Positions 19,787 through 30,298 of a stretch of 64,000 bases of DNA are shown piece by piece (positions within the stretch are counted from its first letter, which is position 1; every line of letters starts with the position of its first letter). The stretch lies in NCBI GenBank assembly GCA_963744145.1, contig CAVUSO010000001.1, forward strand, positions 6,400,001 through 6,464,000, given 5' to 3'. A model generated the notes under the pieces. The model saw only the letters and a list, made by a program, of their open reading frames with translations, did not search any database and was not told the origin of the DNA. The position numbers and the translations under genes were made by a program. Source of the stretch: an uncultured cyanobacterium (GTDB lineage: Bacteria > Cyanobacteriota > Cyanobacteriia > Cyanobacteriales > CAWUOF01).

Positions 19787-21169
19787 TTGGTGAAAATTGT
19801 GGCCCAAAATTGGTTAACGAAAAAACATAAATTTACCTACGTCCAAAACTATTTGCAATTTTCCCACCGTTGGTTTTTTGGGACACCAACTAGAGCTTTG
19901 GATGAAGCTTATAATGCAGCTTTAAAAATCAAGAATATCGAAGATCAGCATTTTAACGGTCAAAGGATTGCGCCCGAATCTACTAATTATAATGGTAACG
20001 TTTTGGCTTATTTTCAGGATGATCTGAAAAAATATTTAGCCATCATTAAGATTAAATTAGCTGAATTTAATATTAGTCGTGCGTTGTTCAGCATTACTAA
20101 CCAAATTACTCAAAGTATAAAGATTGATTTTTCTAATAATGGTAATTCCTTAGTTGGAGAAGAATCCACAGATCAAACTGCTTTAGTTTTAGAGAAACTG
20201 AAGTTAATCGATCAAGTATTAACTAACTATCAGTCAGAAAAGGTGATCACCAAAACGGATACTTTAGTATCAATTTCTCCACCTGAAACAATTTCGGTTA
20301 GTCAGATAAAAGAAATTAGTATTGGTTCGACTCCTCCGGTTATTTCTAATTCTTCTCATTATGAAAATTTAGCCGATCAGACTGGGATTTTACCCCGCTC
20401 CTTATTAACAACTATCTCGCGCTTAAAATCAGATATGAATCCGAAAAATGAAGAGCAAATTCTGAAAAATGTTCGTAGTTCTCAAGCAAAAACAACTTTT
20501 TCAATCAGATTCATTTTACTGTTGATCATCATTCCTTTATTAACTCAACAGTTGTCAGCAATTTTTGTCTTTGGACCAATAGTAGACTATTTTAAGAATA
20601 AAAATGAAGCTCAGGTTTTTCTAAATTTTCAATTACAAGAAGAAGCTTTACATGAGTTACAAGTTTTTGAAGAAAAAATCAGATTTGAGCATTTGATTGG
20701 TTTAACTCCCGAAATATCTACCGAAGAAATGGAAGTTAAAGTCAAAGAAAAAGCCACAGAGATTGCGGAAGATTATCGAGACCAAAGTGCTGATGCTTTT
20801 AAAAATATTTTCTCGGATTTATTATCATTTGTAGCGTTTGGAATCATCATCTTTACCAGTAAAAAGGAAATCGCTGTTCTCAAATCTTTTATGGATGAAA
20901 TTGTCTATGGTCTGAGCGATAGTGCTAAAGCGTTTATTATTATTTTGTTTACTGATATGTTTGTGGGATACCATTCCCCTCATGGTTGGGAGGTAATTTT
21001 AGAAGGGATTTCTAGACATTTGGGTCTTCCAGAAAATCACGCATTTAATGGTTTGTTTATTGCTACTTTTCCAGTGATTTTAGATACGGTATTTAAGTAT
21101 TGGATTTTCCGATATCTCAATCGAATTTCTCCTTCTGCTGTTGCTACTTATAAAAATATGAATGAGTAA
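19787..21169 (+). CDS. pxcA: Proton extrusion protein PxcA (CemA)
   Basis: GLSDSAKAFIIILFTDMFVGYHSPHGWE, FIATFPVILDTVFKYWIFRYLNRISPSAVATY; start uncertain. Confidence 0.95.
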   Translation: MVKIVAQNWLTKKHKFTYVQNYLQFSHRWFFGTPTRALDEAYNAALKIKNIEDQHFNGQRIAPESTNYNGNVLAYFQDDLKKYLAIIKIKLAEFNISRALFSITNQITQSIKIDFSNNGNSLVGEESTDQTALVLEKLKLIDQVLTNYQSEKVITKTDTLVSISPPETISVSQIKEISIGSTPPVISNSSHYENLADQTGILPRSLLTTISRLKSDMNPKNEEQILKNVRSSQAKTTFSIRFILLLIIIPLLTQQLSAIFVFGPIVDYFKNKNEAQVFLNFQLQEEALHELQVFEEKIRFEHLIGLTPEISTEEMEVKVKEKATEIAEDYRDQSADAFKNIFSDLLSFVAFGIIIFTSKKEIAVLKSFMDEIVYGLSDSAKAFIIILFTDMFVGYHSPHGWEVILEGISRHLGLPENHAFNGLFIATFPVILDTVFKYWIFRYLNRISPSAVATYKNMNE

Positions 21170-21181
21170 TTGTTGATAAAC

Positions 21182-21772
21182 CTAAGATTTCATAATCCTG
21201 GGATAACGGGGACGACAGGGTGTACCCCAACAAACTTGACTACTAGGAATGTGGGTAAAGACACTGCTCCTTGTACCAATTACCGCATTAGCACCAATTT
21301 GGACATCTGGACCAATGAAACAATCTGCTGCTACCCAAACACCATTACCAATTAAAATTGGAGCAGTAATTAAACCAAAAGCTGGATCTTGGAGATCATG
21401 ACTACCAGTACATAGATAAGTTTTTTGGGAAATAACACAATGCTTACCGATGTGAATGCGATCGAGACTATAGAAAACCACATCATCTCCAATCCAACTG
21501 TAGTCTCCAATTTCGACTTTCCAGGGATAGGTAAAGCGAGCGGTTGGACGAATAAACACATGACGACCAATCTTTGCTCCAAAGAGACGGAGAATGGTAG
21601 ATCGAATTGCAAATAAAGGTTGGGGAGTGAGGGGAAATGCGATCGCTTGGACTAACCACCAGAGCAAAACGAACCAACCGGGACGACCACGATTAAACCA
21701 AGATTGGTCATATTTGCTTAAATTTACCCAAGATTCTGCATCTAAGTTAATCTGGTAAGAGTCGCTGTCCAA
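21182..21772 (-). CDS. wcaF: WcaF/HpsU-type hexapeptide-repeat polysaccharide acetyltransferase
   Basis: LRLFGAKIG, TYPWKVEIGDYSWIGD, LCTGSHD, WGTPCRP. Confidence 0.85.
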   Translation of the reverse strand: MDSDSYQINLDAESWVNLSKYDQSWFNRGRPGWFVLLWWLVQAIAFPLTPQPLFAIRSTILRLFGAKIGRHVFIRPTARFTYPWKVEIGDYSWIGDDVVFYSLDRIHIGKHCVISQKTYLCTGSHDLQDPAFGLITAPILIGNGVWVAADCFIGPDVQIGANAVIGTRSSVFTHIPSSQVCWGTPCRPRYPRIMKS

Positions 21773-21977
21773 GTCAGGAGTCCTCTGAACATATCAACCA
21801 ATCCTATCAGTCGTCGGGTAGCAGGGAGTGGGGATCAAGTTTGAATCTAGATCCCAGACACCTAGCACCAAAAAACTGACACCTATTCCTAAATTTTACT
21901 AAGTCTGGATTAACTTATTGTACTTTTTTAGTCATAAAACGCTAGGATTCATATACATATATTAAAGTAAATCAAAT

Positions 21978-23270
21978 TTGGTTCGAGTTTGCCATTATAA
22001 GGATTTGCCTCTCTTGCCAGTTTCATTAGAATTCCCAGCAAAAATATATAAACTGGAAAATGGATTAACCGTCATTCATCAACATATTCCAGCTACACCT
22101 GTTGCGGTTGTTGATGTTTGGGTCAGAGCTGGAGCGATGCTCGAACCCCCGGAATGGTATGGGATAGCCCATTTTCTTGAACATATGATCTTCAAAGGTA
22201 CGGAAATTTTACCACCTGGTTGCTTTGATCAGGTAATTGAAAATCGTGGAGGAGTGGCTAATGCTGCAACTAGTCATGATTATGCCCATTATTTTCTGAC
22301 CACCGCAGTCAATTATCTACCCGATACCTTACCAGCTCTAGCAGAGCTGCTCTTGCACGCTGCGATCCCCGAAGATGAATTTGTCCTAGAACGAGATGTG
22401 GTAATCGAAGAAATTCACTCCTCTTATGATGATCCAGATTGGTTAGGTTTTACAGCGCTAATGGAAAGTGCTTATCAACATCATCCCTATGGAAGAACAG
22501 TGCTTGGACCAGAAGAGTTACTACTCCAGCATTCTCCAGGAATGATGCGTCGTTTTCACAGAACTTATTACCAACCGGAAAATATCACAGTCGTAATTGT
22601 TGGTGGTGTGGAAGAGGCGATCGCGTTAGATTTAGTGAATGAGTCGTTTACAGATTTTTATCCGCGAGCTGAGTGTCCACTACCCGAAGCAGAAGCAGAA
22701 CCACCAATGACGGAAATCCGTCGTCAACAGCTATGCTTACCTAGACTAGAGCAAGCACGTTTGCTCATGGCTTGGATCGGACCAGGAATTGAACATTTAC
22801 CCAGTGCTTATGGACTAGATTTGATTTCTGTCCTCCTTGCAGAAGGTCGATCTTCTCGCTTAGTTCGTCAATTACGTGAAGAAAAACAGTTAGTCCAAAG
22901 TATTAATAGCAGTTTTTCCCTCCAGCGTGATTCTAGTCTGTTTACGATTAATGTCCGGTTAGATATGCAACATTTAGAGCAGGTGGAAGCATTGATTTGC
23001 GAACATCTCCAAGACTTGCGTACCGAACTGGTCACCGAGTCAGAATTACAAAGATGTAAACACTTACTACGGAATGATTATGCTTTTTCCACCGAGACTC
23101 CCAGTCAACTAGCTGGTCTTTATGGATATTACAATACTATTGCCTCCGTCGAACTGGCGGTGATTTATCCAGAACAAATTCAGCAAATCCAACGGTCTGA
23201 TGTGCAACGGTTAGCTGGTCAGTATCTTGCTCCCGATCGCTATGCTGTCACTGTTCTCAAACCAATGTAG
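21978..23270 (+). CDS. M16-family Zn peptidase, catalytic subunit
   Basis: HFLEH inverted zincin motif, NAATSHD, ERDVVIEEI. Confidence 0.93.
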   Translation: MVRVCHYKDLPLLPVSLEFPAKIYKLENGLTVIHQHIPATPVAVVDVWVRAGAMLEPPEWYGIAHFLEHMIFKGTEILPPGCFDQVIENRGGVANAATSHDYAHYFLTTAVNYLPDTLPALAELLLHAAIPEDEFVLERDVVIEEIHSSYDDPDWLGFTALMESAYQHHPYGRTVLGPEELLLQHSPGMMRRFHRTYYQPENITVVIVGGVEEAIALDLVNESFTDFYPRAECPLPEAEAEPPMTEIRRQQLCLPRLEQARLLMAWIGPGIEHLPSAYGLDLISVLLAEGRSSRLVRQLREEKQLVQSINSSFSLQRDSSLFTINVRLDMQHLEQVEALICEHLQDLRTELVTESELQRCKHLLRNDYAFSTETPSQLAGLYGYYNTIASVELAVIYPEQIQQIQRSDVQRLAGQYLAPDRYAVTVLKPM

Positions 23271-23332
23271 CTGATGATTCCTAATTTGGAAATTGGCAAA
23301 AGTACCAACAACAAGGATTAAAAGGATAAATT

Positions 23333-24616
23333 GTGAAGCAATCTTGGCTAACTCATGAAATTCATCGTACTGTTTTGTCTAATGGTATGGTCGTATTGAC
23401 AGCAGAAAATCCAGCTGCTGATATTATTGCAGCTCGCATTTTTATTAAAGCAGGTAGTCGCTGCGAACCTCCAGCTCAAGCTGGGATATCACACCTGTTA
23501 TCAGCATTACTGACTAAGGGTACGGACAAACTAACTTCCATGGAAATTGCGGAACAGGTAGAGTCGGTGGGAGCTAGTCTGAGTACAGATACAGCTGCTG
23601 ATTATTTTCTGGTCAGTTTAAAAACTGTTTCCGCAGATTTTCGGGAAATAATAGGGTTAGCGAAGCACTTGTTGAGAGAACCGAGTTTCCCAGAAGCAGA
23701 AATTGAGTTAGAACGTCGTCTCACGATTCAGGGAATTCGTTCGGGACAAGAACAACCTTTTGCGATCGCGTTTGATCAATTACGTTTGGCGATGTATCAA
23801 GATCATCCCTATTCTATGTCTAGTTTAGGCACAGAAACAACAGTGTCTCAAATTAGTCGTGATGATCTCCAAGCATATCATCAAACCTATTTCCGTCCGG
23901 ATAATATGATTATCAGTGTAGTCGGTCGGATTTCCCCGGAAGAAGCGATCGGGGAAATTCAGCGAGTATTTGGTGATTGGTCAGCTCCAGCACATCCTTT
24001 AATTCCTCCTTTATGTCCAGTTATTACTGTTGATCCTTGTCATGTGATTACTCCCCAAGCAACTCAGCAATCCATTGTGATGTTGGGTTATTTAAGTCCA
24101 GGAGTACATCATCCTGATTATTGTGCCCTGAAATTACTGAATACTTATTTGGGTAATGGTCTTTCTAGTCGCTTATTTGTGGAGTTAAGAGAAAAACGCG
24201 GTTTAGCTTATGAAGTTTCAGCTTTATATCCGACTCGGTTAGATCAAGCTCCTTTTATAGTTTATCTAGGTACTGCACCGGAAAATACCATGATTGCTGT
24301 GGAAGGTTTAAAAGCTGAAGTTGAGCGATTGTGTCAAGTCCAGTTGACGGAAGATGAGTTACAATCTTCACAAAATAAGCTTTTGGGACAATATGCTTTG
24401 GGTAAGCAAACTAATGCTCAAATCGCTCAGATTTTAGGTTGGTACGAAACCTTGGGTCTAGGAGTGGAATTTGATCTCAAATTTACTGAAAAAGTCTCAG
24501 CAGTAACTGCAATTGAAGCTCAACAAATCGCTTGTAAGTATTTCATTGAACCTTATATTTCTCTAGTTGGACCAGAAAACGCTGTGAATAAATTTGCAGT
24601 ACCAGTTGTTTGTTAA
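23333..24616 (+). CDS. M16-family peptidase, non-catalytic partner subunit
   Basis: HLLSA replaces HxxEH; SSRLFVELREKRGLAYEV. Confidence 0.9.
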   Translation: MKQSWLTHEIHRTVLSNGMVVLTAENPAADIIAARIFIKAGSRCEPPAQAGISHLLSALLTKGTDKLTSMEIAEQVESVGASLSTDTAADYFLVSLKTVSADFREIIGLAKHLLREPSFPEAEIELERRLTIQGIRSGQEQPFAIAFDQLRLAMYQDHPYSMSSLGTETTVSQISRDDLQAYHQTYFRPDNMIISVVGRISPEEAIGEIQRVFGDWSAPAHPLIPPLCPVITVDPCHVITPQATQQSIVMLGYLSPGVHHPDYCALKLLNTYLGNGLSSRLFVELREKRGLAYEVSALYPTRLDQAPFIVYLGTAPENTMIAVEGLKAEVERLCQVQLTEDELQSSQNKLLGQYALGKQTNAQIAQILGWYETLGLGVEFDLKFTEKVSAVTAIEAQQIACKYFIEPYISLVGPENAVNKFAVPVVC

Positions 24617-24628
24617 GTATGCAAAACT

Positions 24629-24653
24629 GGGGTGGATGATGATCATGCACCCC
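24629..24653. terminator. Hairpin between convergent genes
   Basis: GGGGTG-G-ATGAT...ATCAT-G-CACCCC stem. Confidence 0.45.
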
Positions 24654-24671
24654 TCAACTGGGATCATGACT

Positions 24672-25451
24672 CTAAATAAATCTGGTTAATTGGATGCGGT
24701 AGCGTTCTTTTTTAGTAATTGCCATTTCTCCTACTTCTAATCTTCCTTTCCCACGAATCGCGATTAAGTCTCCGGATTTGACCTGATAACTCGATTGAGT
24801 GATATCTTTCCAGTTGACACGGACATCACCACCAGCAATTAACTCAGACATCTTACTCCGAGACATCCCAAAACCAGCCGACGCGATCGCATCCAATCGC
24901 ATGGATGCTTCAACTGTGGTTAATTCTTTCTTTTTGGGGGGCTGAAATTTCAGTTCTGTGAGCGGAATTGCTTGGGTTTTGACGGGCACAGACCGGACTT
25001 GAGTGAGTTGTAGCTGTAAAAATTCTGCCATTTCCGGAACGACAATTGCTTGAGCTCCACGTTCACCTAAAACAATAATATCACCTGTTTTTTCACGCAC
25101 AATCCCACAACCAAGGATAGCACCCAGAAAATCTCGGTGTGTAGCAGTATCAAAGAGAAAATTTCCAGCTATTTCTAATCCAGTCAGTTCTACTTGGGAC
25201 TGTTCGAGAGGGAGTTCAGCACGAGCGATCGCGAAACGTTGTCTTTCTGCTTGTGGATATCCTCCCCAATGGATCAGTTGGATTTCGGTTAGCTTTGCAA
25301 ATACTTGGGTGACTGCTATTATTTCTATGGGTGAAAAAAAATCTGTTACTACTACCTCCCAGGTTTTGATTGCTTGATCTGCTTGGTCAATTACACGAGC
25401 TACACTGTCCCGATGTTCGATTCCTTTTAATAGTTCTTCCCTTGGTAACAT
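24672..25451 (-). CDS. Photosystem II S4-domain protein (YlmH/Sll1252 family)
   Basis: GGYPQAERQR, HRDFLGAILG, S4 motif RLDAIASAGFGMSRS...GDLIAIRGKGRL. Confidence 0.93.
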   Translation of the reverse strand: MLPREELLKGIEHRDSVARVIDQADQAIKTWEVVVTDFFSPIEIIAVTQVFAKLTEIQLIHWGGYPQAERQRFAIARAELPLEQSQVELTGLEIAGNFLFDTATHRDFLGAILGCGIVREKTGDIIVLGERGAQAIVVPEMAEFLQLQLTQVRSVPVKTQAIPLTELKFQPPKKKELTTVEASMRLDAIASAGFGMSRSKMSELIAGGDVRVNWKDITQSSYQVKSGDLIAIRGKGRLEVGEMAITKKERYRIQLTRFI

Positions 25452-25678
25452 GATTTAAATAATTTAAAAATCCACTTATATAATTGTAATTCTAGTGATA
25501 CCAATTTTTGATGAGGTTGCATAGATATAGATATCCCCAACCCCCTGAAAAAGCATTCGAGCAGAAAACCTCTCCCCCAACCCCTCTCCTAAGACCTTAC
25601 CTACAAATAATTATTGGCTCATTTGTTTAGCAAATTTATATTTAAATGTGTCAAGTATTTTAACTTGATTTGCCTCAA

Positions 25679-25813
25679 TCATCATCCCACCAACTCGGTA
25701 AACCGTTATTTCTTACATAGTCTCGGTTCAATCCTATTTGGGATAGTTTAGTGTAGAGAGAAGATATGGTAAGCTTTTTTGTCATTGTCTTATCCTCGTT
25801 TATATGAAAATTG
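25679..25813 (-). pseudogene. Duplicated 5' fragment of the ImmA/IrrE-like gene
   Basis: 135 bp matching 31719-31853 with one mismatch; encodes MTKKLTISSLY...PSWWDD then stops; abuts the IS1 end. Confidence 0.85.
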
Positions 25814-26672
25814 GGCGTTGCTGAATTATAGGATGATGAGTAGAAAAAGCTATAACTGACAAAGTACATAATTTCTATGGTTTAAATCAAACTTTGGAAC
25901 ATCTCCAAATTTTAGGTAGTAAATTACTAATCGAATTGAATATCTCAGCATTTGTTCAGATTTAGAATAACATAGTGTTTGGCGGTGCAAACGCGCCAAG
26001 TAATGTCTTAATCTACTATTTTCATTCTCAACTCTGATCATGTAAGTTTTACTAATAATTTGATCGCCATCAGGAATAAAATTAGGGTAGTACGGGCGTA
26101 TTGCTCTTGCGCCCCTACCATCCATCTGTAATATAAAAATAGCATTGCCATTGCTGCACAAATTCCCATAGTGGAGCAAAAGTTTTGGCACTATGATCCC
26201 CGAGAACCCAACCTAAAATACCTGGTTTAAAGTGATTTACTGCCGTCCATAACCAGATTTTGTTTTTTTTTGAGCCGACAAAGGTTTCTAATTCATCTAA
26301 TTCTCCCACCTCTGGAACTGTCTCTTGGTGTTCAAAATCTGATCACTGGTTGCCGATTTGTTTAATCCAATACATAATGGTGGTATGGTGAACATTTTTA
26401 ACTCTTTCAATTGCTCGTAAAGCCATCCCATTTACATACATTTTTAGACATTCATTTTTGACAGTTTCAGAATAGCCTTTATAGGGTTTATAATCCTCGA
26501 TAAATTGTCGGCCACAGGTTTTACAAAAATAGTTCTGTTTGCCTCGTTTATGACCATTTTTATTAATATGAGTTGATTGACAGTTAGGACATGACCTGCT
26601 CTTATAGTGTTGATAAGCGTTCTTTTTTTATTATTCACATTCTATCCTATCATCCCCTAATTCAGCAACGCC
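25814..26672 (-). mobile_element. IS1-family element with inactivated transposase
   Basis: 24-bp TIRs with 2 mismatches (GGCGTTGCTGAATTATAGGATGAT); CPNC...CKTC zinc finger, ELDELETFVGSKK, TDGW, RLRHYLARL; in-frame TGA at 26343-26345 and a REP insertion at 26090-26118; no TSD. Confidence 0.9.
26090..26118. repeat. REP-like hairpin inside the IS1 transposase gene
   Basis: Minus strand GTAGGGGCGCAAGAGCAATACGCCCGTAC lies between the DGW and YPNF codons and shifts the frame. Confidence 0.75.
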
Positions 26673-26802
26673 GAACAACGACTATGTTAAGAAGTGCGAA
26701 AAAATATGGATTTCAAACGTTCTCAAAAACTTACTCATATCATAAATCAAATTTCAGTATATTTACTGAGATAATTATTATAATTATTGGTGATATTTTC
26801 TG

Positions 26803-26831
26803 TTGACATAAGATAATTTATAAGATATAAT
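26803..26831 (+). promoter_or_regulatory. Perfect sigma70 consensus promoter
   Basis: TTGACA (26803-26808), 17 bp, TATAAT (26826-26831). Confidence 0.6.
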
Positions 26832-27373
26832 CTCTAACCTTTACTTTATGTACTTATTATACCAATTCTTGCCATTCTGACTACATACAGCGGATTCGGT
26901 GGTTGATGAAGTACAGTAAGATTTGGCATGAATGGTGTGGGACAGGCATGTTGCCTGTCAGAGATTGTGAGTGATCTGTGTTGGTTGGGCAGGTTTATGA
27001 GTGGGACAGGAATACTTGGACCAGATGATCGGACAGAACTAATTGATGGGGATATTATTTTTATGGCACCAATGGGTACTCGTCATGCAAGTTGCATTGG
27101 TCGCTTGCTAGAAATTTTCTTTCAAGGTTTGGGTAAACTTGTTTCAATCTTGTCACAAACCCCAGTCAGACTAAACGGAGGTTTGGAGCCACAACCAGAT
27201 CTATCAATTCTGAAACGCCGCGAGGTGGTAGGGCTGGGATTATTGAACTTTGGATCGTAGATATCAGGGCTGAATTGGTTGAGGTTGATCGCAACCCATC
27301 TATTAATGGGTATGAAAGTATCCAACAATTCAGACGCGGTGAACGTATCTCACCCCTTGTCTTTCCAGATTTA

Positions 27374-28522
27374 TACCAATTCTTGCAACTTTGACTACAG
27401 ATAGTGTAGAGTATAATTTGAGTAGAGTTGAAGGAAAAATATGGCAGGAGTTTATCACCTAGACATTAAGGAAAGTGAAGCCGAGCTGAAGAAATTGCTC
27501 GCAGTGGAAAAAACTGGTCCAGGAAAAGAACGATTACAAGCATTATATCTACTCAAGATAAACAAAGCTAAAACAGTCACAGAAGTTGCTGAAATCTTGG
27601 GCAGAAATCGAGTTACCGTTCAAGATTGGTTAGCCAAATACCGTCAAGGAGGATTGGCCAAATATCTGGGGAAAAAAGTGGGTACAGGACCGACCGAGAA
27701 AAATTCCTGACTGGGCGGTAAAAAGTTTAGAAAAACGACTAAATGAAGAGGAAGGATTTAATAGTTATGGGGAAATTTGTCAATGGCTATCATCCACCCT
27801 TGGGATAGAAGCTAAATATAAAACCGTTCATCAATTAGTGCATTATAAACTAAAAGCCTCACCAAAAATCGCCAGGCCGAAAAGTACAGAACAGTCAAAA
27901 AAAAAGTTAGATAATTTTAGAAATCACTTGGCGGAGGACTTAGCTATGCTGAGTTGGTTTGCCATAACAGTAATGAGTTTAGGAGATAAAGTCAGATTTT
28001 TATGTCAAGATGAAACACGGATCGGCATGAAAACGATTAGTGGGAGAAAAATTACCATTCGTGGGGTAAAACCAATTGGTAAAGTGCAATGGAAATTTCA
28101 AGCGACTTATATTTATGGCGTAGTAGAGCCAAAGACAGGGGAACATTTCTTTTACGAGTTTACTCATCTCAATAGTCAATGCTTTCAGATATTTTTAGAC
28201 TTAGTAGCCGCGCATTTTTCGGATAGTATTTTGATCATTCAGTTAGACAATGGTGGTTTTCATAAAGCTAAAAAGTTGGTAATTCCTAAAAACGTTATTT
28301 TAATGTTTCAACCATCCCATTGTCCTGAATCAAATCCAATCGAACAGGTATGGCAGTATCTCAAAAAGGGATTGAGATGGGAATTACCAAGAAACTTAGA
28401 TGAATTAAGACTTTTAATTAGTAAAGAACTAGAAAAGATGAATTCAAAAGTAATTGCCTCAATTACGGGACGAGCCTATATATTAGAGGCACTATCTGTA
28501 GTCGGCATTTAGAGAATTGGTA
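27374..28522 (+). mobile_element. IS630-family element
   Basis: TIRs TACCAATTCT / AGAATTGGTA flanked by duplicated TTA (27371-27373 and 28523-28525); solo copies of a similar end near 26860 and 25499. Confidence 0.88.
27441..28512 (+). pseudogene. IS630 transposase with a frameshift near 27690
   Basis: HTH part (27441-27710) and DDE part (QDETR, LDNGGFH, PESNPIEQVW) join as GTGRPRKIPDW if one C is removed from GGACCGACC. Confidence 0.8.
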
Positions 28523-28653
28523 TTAGTAATTAGTGTTGATGAGATTTTATAAGTAAATTCTAGATTGCATAAAGAAACTTCAAAGCTTCCTATCGCGCAA
28601 AACCTTACTGAATAAAGCTTCTATATTTAAGATTGCGGAAACTAGCTTGTAAA

Positions 28654-29070
28654 TTAAAAGTTTCTTAACCTAGCCAGTTCTGCTTCAACATCATACATCG
28701 ACAATAGTTTGTCAAAATGTTCGTTTATATCTCTTTTTAGAGTATAAATAGTTTCTACACGATAATGGATACTAGAACAACTATCATAATTTTCTAATAA
28801 ACTGGATTCTTTTACACTTACTAAGTCCCAGTCATCATTATAATATTCATTAAGAATATCAACTATACTTTTCTTTTTCTTAGCATACTCAGTAAATTGC
28901 CAACCTAAATCATGTTTATAATATATTTTTTTTTGGTTGAAATATTTTTCAGGTTTAAAAGAAGTTCTGTTTAAAAAATTATTAAAATTATTTTTATCAC
29001 AGATAATATCATATATGTGTTCAATTTTCATATACTCGATTAGATTAGCCATAGAAGTCATTTTTAACAT
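28654..29070 (-). CDS. AT-rich hypothetical protein with a DUF4177-like motif
   Basis: 138-aa ORF; ILNEYYNDDWDLVSV...TIYTLKR resembles LN..G..GWELVSV...YFKR. Confidence 0.5.
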   Translation of the reverse strand: MLKMTSMANLIEYMKIEHIYDIICDKNNFNNFLNRTSFKPEKYFNQKKIYYKHDLGWQFTEYAKKKKSIVDILNEYYNDDWDLVSVKESSLLENYDSCSSIHYRVETIYTLKRDINEHFDKLLSMYDVEAELARLRNF

Positions 29071-29335
29071 TCCAAAATTTTTAAGGATAGAATATCATTA
29101 ACGTAACAAAAATTAATCTTTTTATTTATTCTATAAATAATAGTCAGTCATTCAAGTCCCCCGCAGCGAATTAGACAGGAATATCTAAATTTCTTCACCC
29201 AGCCTAGAAAAAATCTGCATTTCGTCTAGCATACCATTTAAACGACGCAAATACGTTAAATTTTCCGGCTATTCGATCACTAGGTCGTGGGATGTTGTGC
29301 CAGTTTTCCCCTGTTAATTAAATTTTGATGGGATT

Positions 29336-29387
29336 GCGTTCACGTAGTATACCGTAGGTAATCGCGTAGTGTACCGTAGGTAATCGC
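29336..29387. repeat. Two tandem 22-nt small dispersed repeats within a HIP1 site
   Basis: GCG-TTCACGTAGTATACCGTAGGTA-ATCGC-GTAGTGTACCGTAGGTAATCGC; single copy at 30205-30234 and a degenerate copy near 30929. Confidence 0.75.
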
Positions 29388-29579
29388 GTGGTCGTTGTCC
29401 AGTGTTCCGATTTAGCTCGCGATCGCTGTTGGTACTGTGATCTGATATCCGTTCATTCTCTAATGAGAAAATATTCAGTTATTGGATAGTTTACAAGTAT
29501 AAATCAACCGGATGTAAAGCTTGAAAGTGTTATCTATAAATAATTACAGCGATCGAATCCGGTTGATTAATTTTGTTAT

Positions 29580-30165
29580 CTATAAGTCCTCAAAAATTGC
29601 ATCGACACTGATCACTATGTCCGGAAATGAAAGAGGACGAGATACTTTCCCCATGTCCAAATTGTTGGATACTTTCATAACCATTAGCACTAGGAGTGCG
29701 ATAAACCTCAACTAATTGGGCTTCTATATCTACGATCCAAAGTTCAATAACTCCAGCTTTCCCATAACGCACAGACTTAACATTACGATCATCGTCAATC
29801 GTAGTAACTGATACTTCTATTAATAAATATGCGTCTTGGGTTTGGGGATGGGATTTTATATAATCATCACCACGAGGTTTCAAGATTGATATATCTGGTT
29901 GTGGTTCTAATCTTCCGTTTAGTCTAACTGGGGTTTGGGCATTGATAAAAATCCGATCGCCTAAAGCCTTAAAGAACATTTTCAGCAAACGACCAATATA
30001 CCCTGCATGACGACTACCCATTGCTGCCATATAAATTATATCCCCATCGATTAGTTCTGTCTTACCATCCCCTAGCATCCCCAACTCACTCAGCTGGTAA
30101 TATTCCTCTACCGTGAATTGCTTTCTTGTTGGTTTTGTTGCTACTGCGATCATCTTTCTCACCAT
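29580..30165 (-). pseudogene. Uma2-family gene with a 1-nt insertion near the 3' end
   Basis: FTVEEYY, TELIDG, PQPDI, LLIEVS, ELWIVD; removing one base near 29637 restores PLSFPDIVISVDAIFEDL*. Confidence 0.8.
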
Positions 30166-30298
30166 CCCATTGACTGAATAGCTCGGATAATTCTCATTCT
30201 AATTGCGTTCACGTAGTGTACCGTAGGTAATCGCGTGGTCGTTGTCCAGTGTCTAGCTTTTGGCCGTGATCGTTGTTGGCGCTGTGATCTGATGTCTG

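Larger units (their letters stand above)
27003..28552 (+). pseudogene. Uma2-family pseudogene with lost 5' end, internal deletion and IS630 insertion
   Basis: RTELIDGDIIFMAPMG...PQPDLSILK, then IIELWIVDI...SPLSFPDL in another frame, the IS630, and LVISVDEIL* ending at 28552; paralogue of 30299-30889. Confidence 0.85.

Noticed and set aside
25850..26806. Four short ORFs as separate genes
   Set aside because: Fragments or off-frame readings of the broken IS1 transposase and its flank
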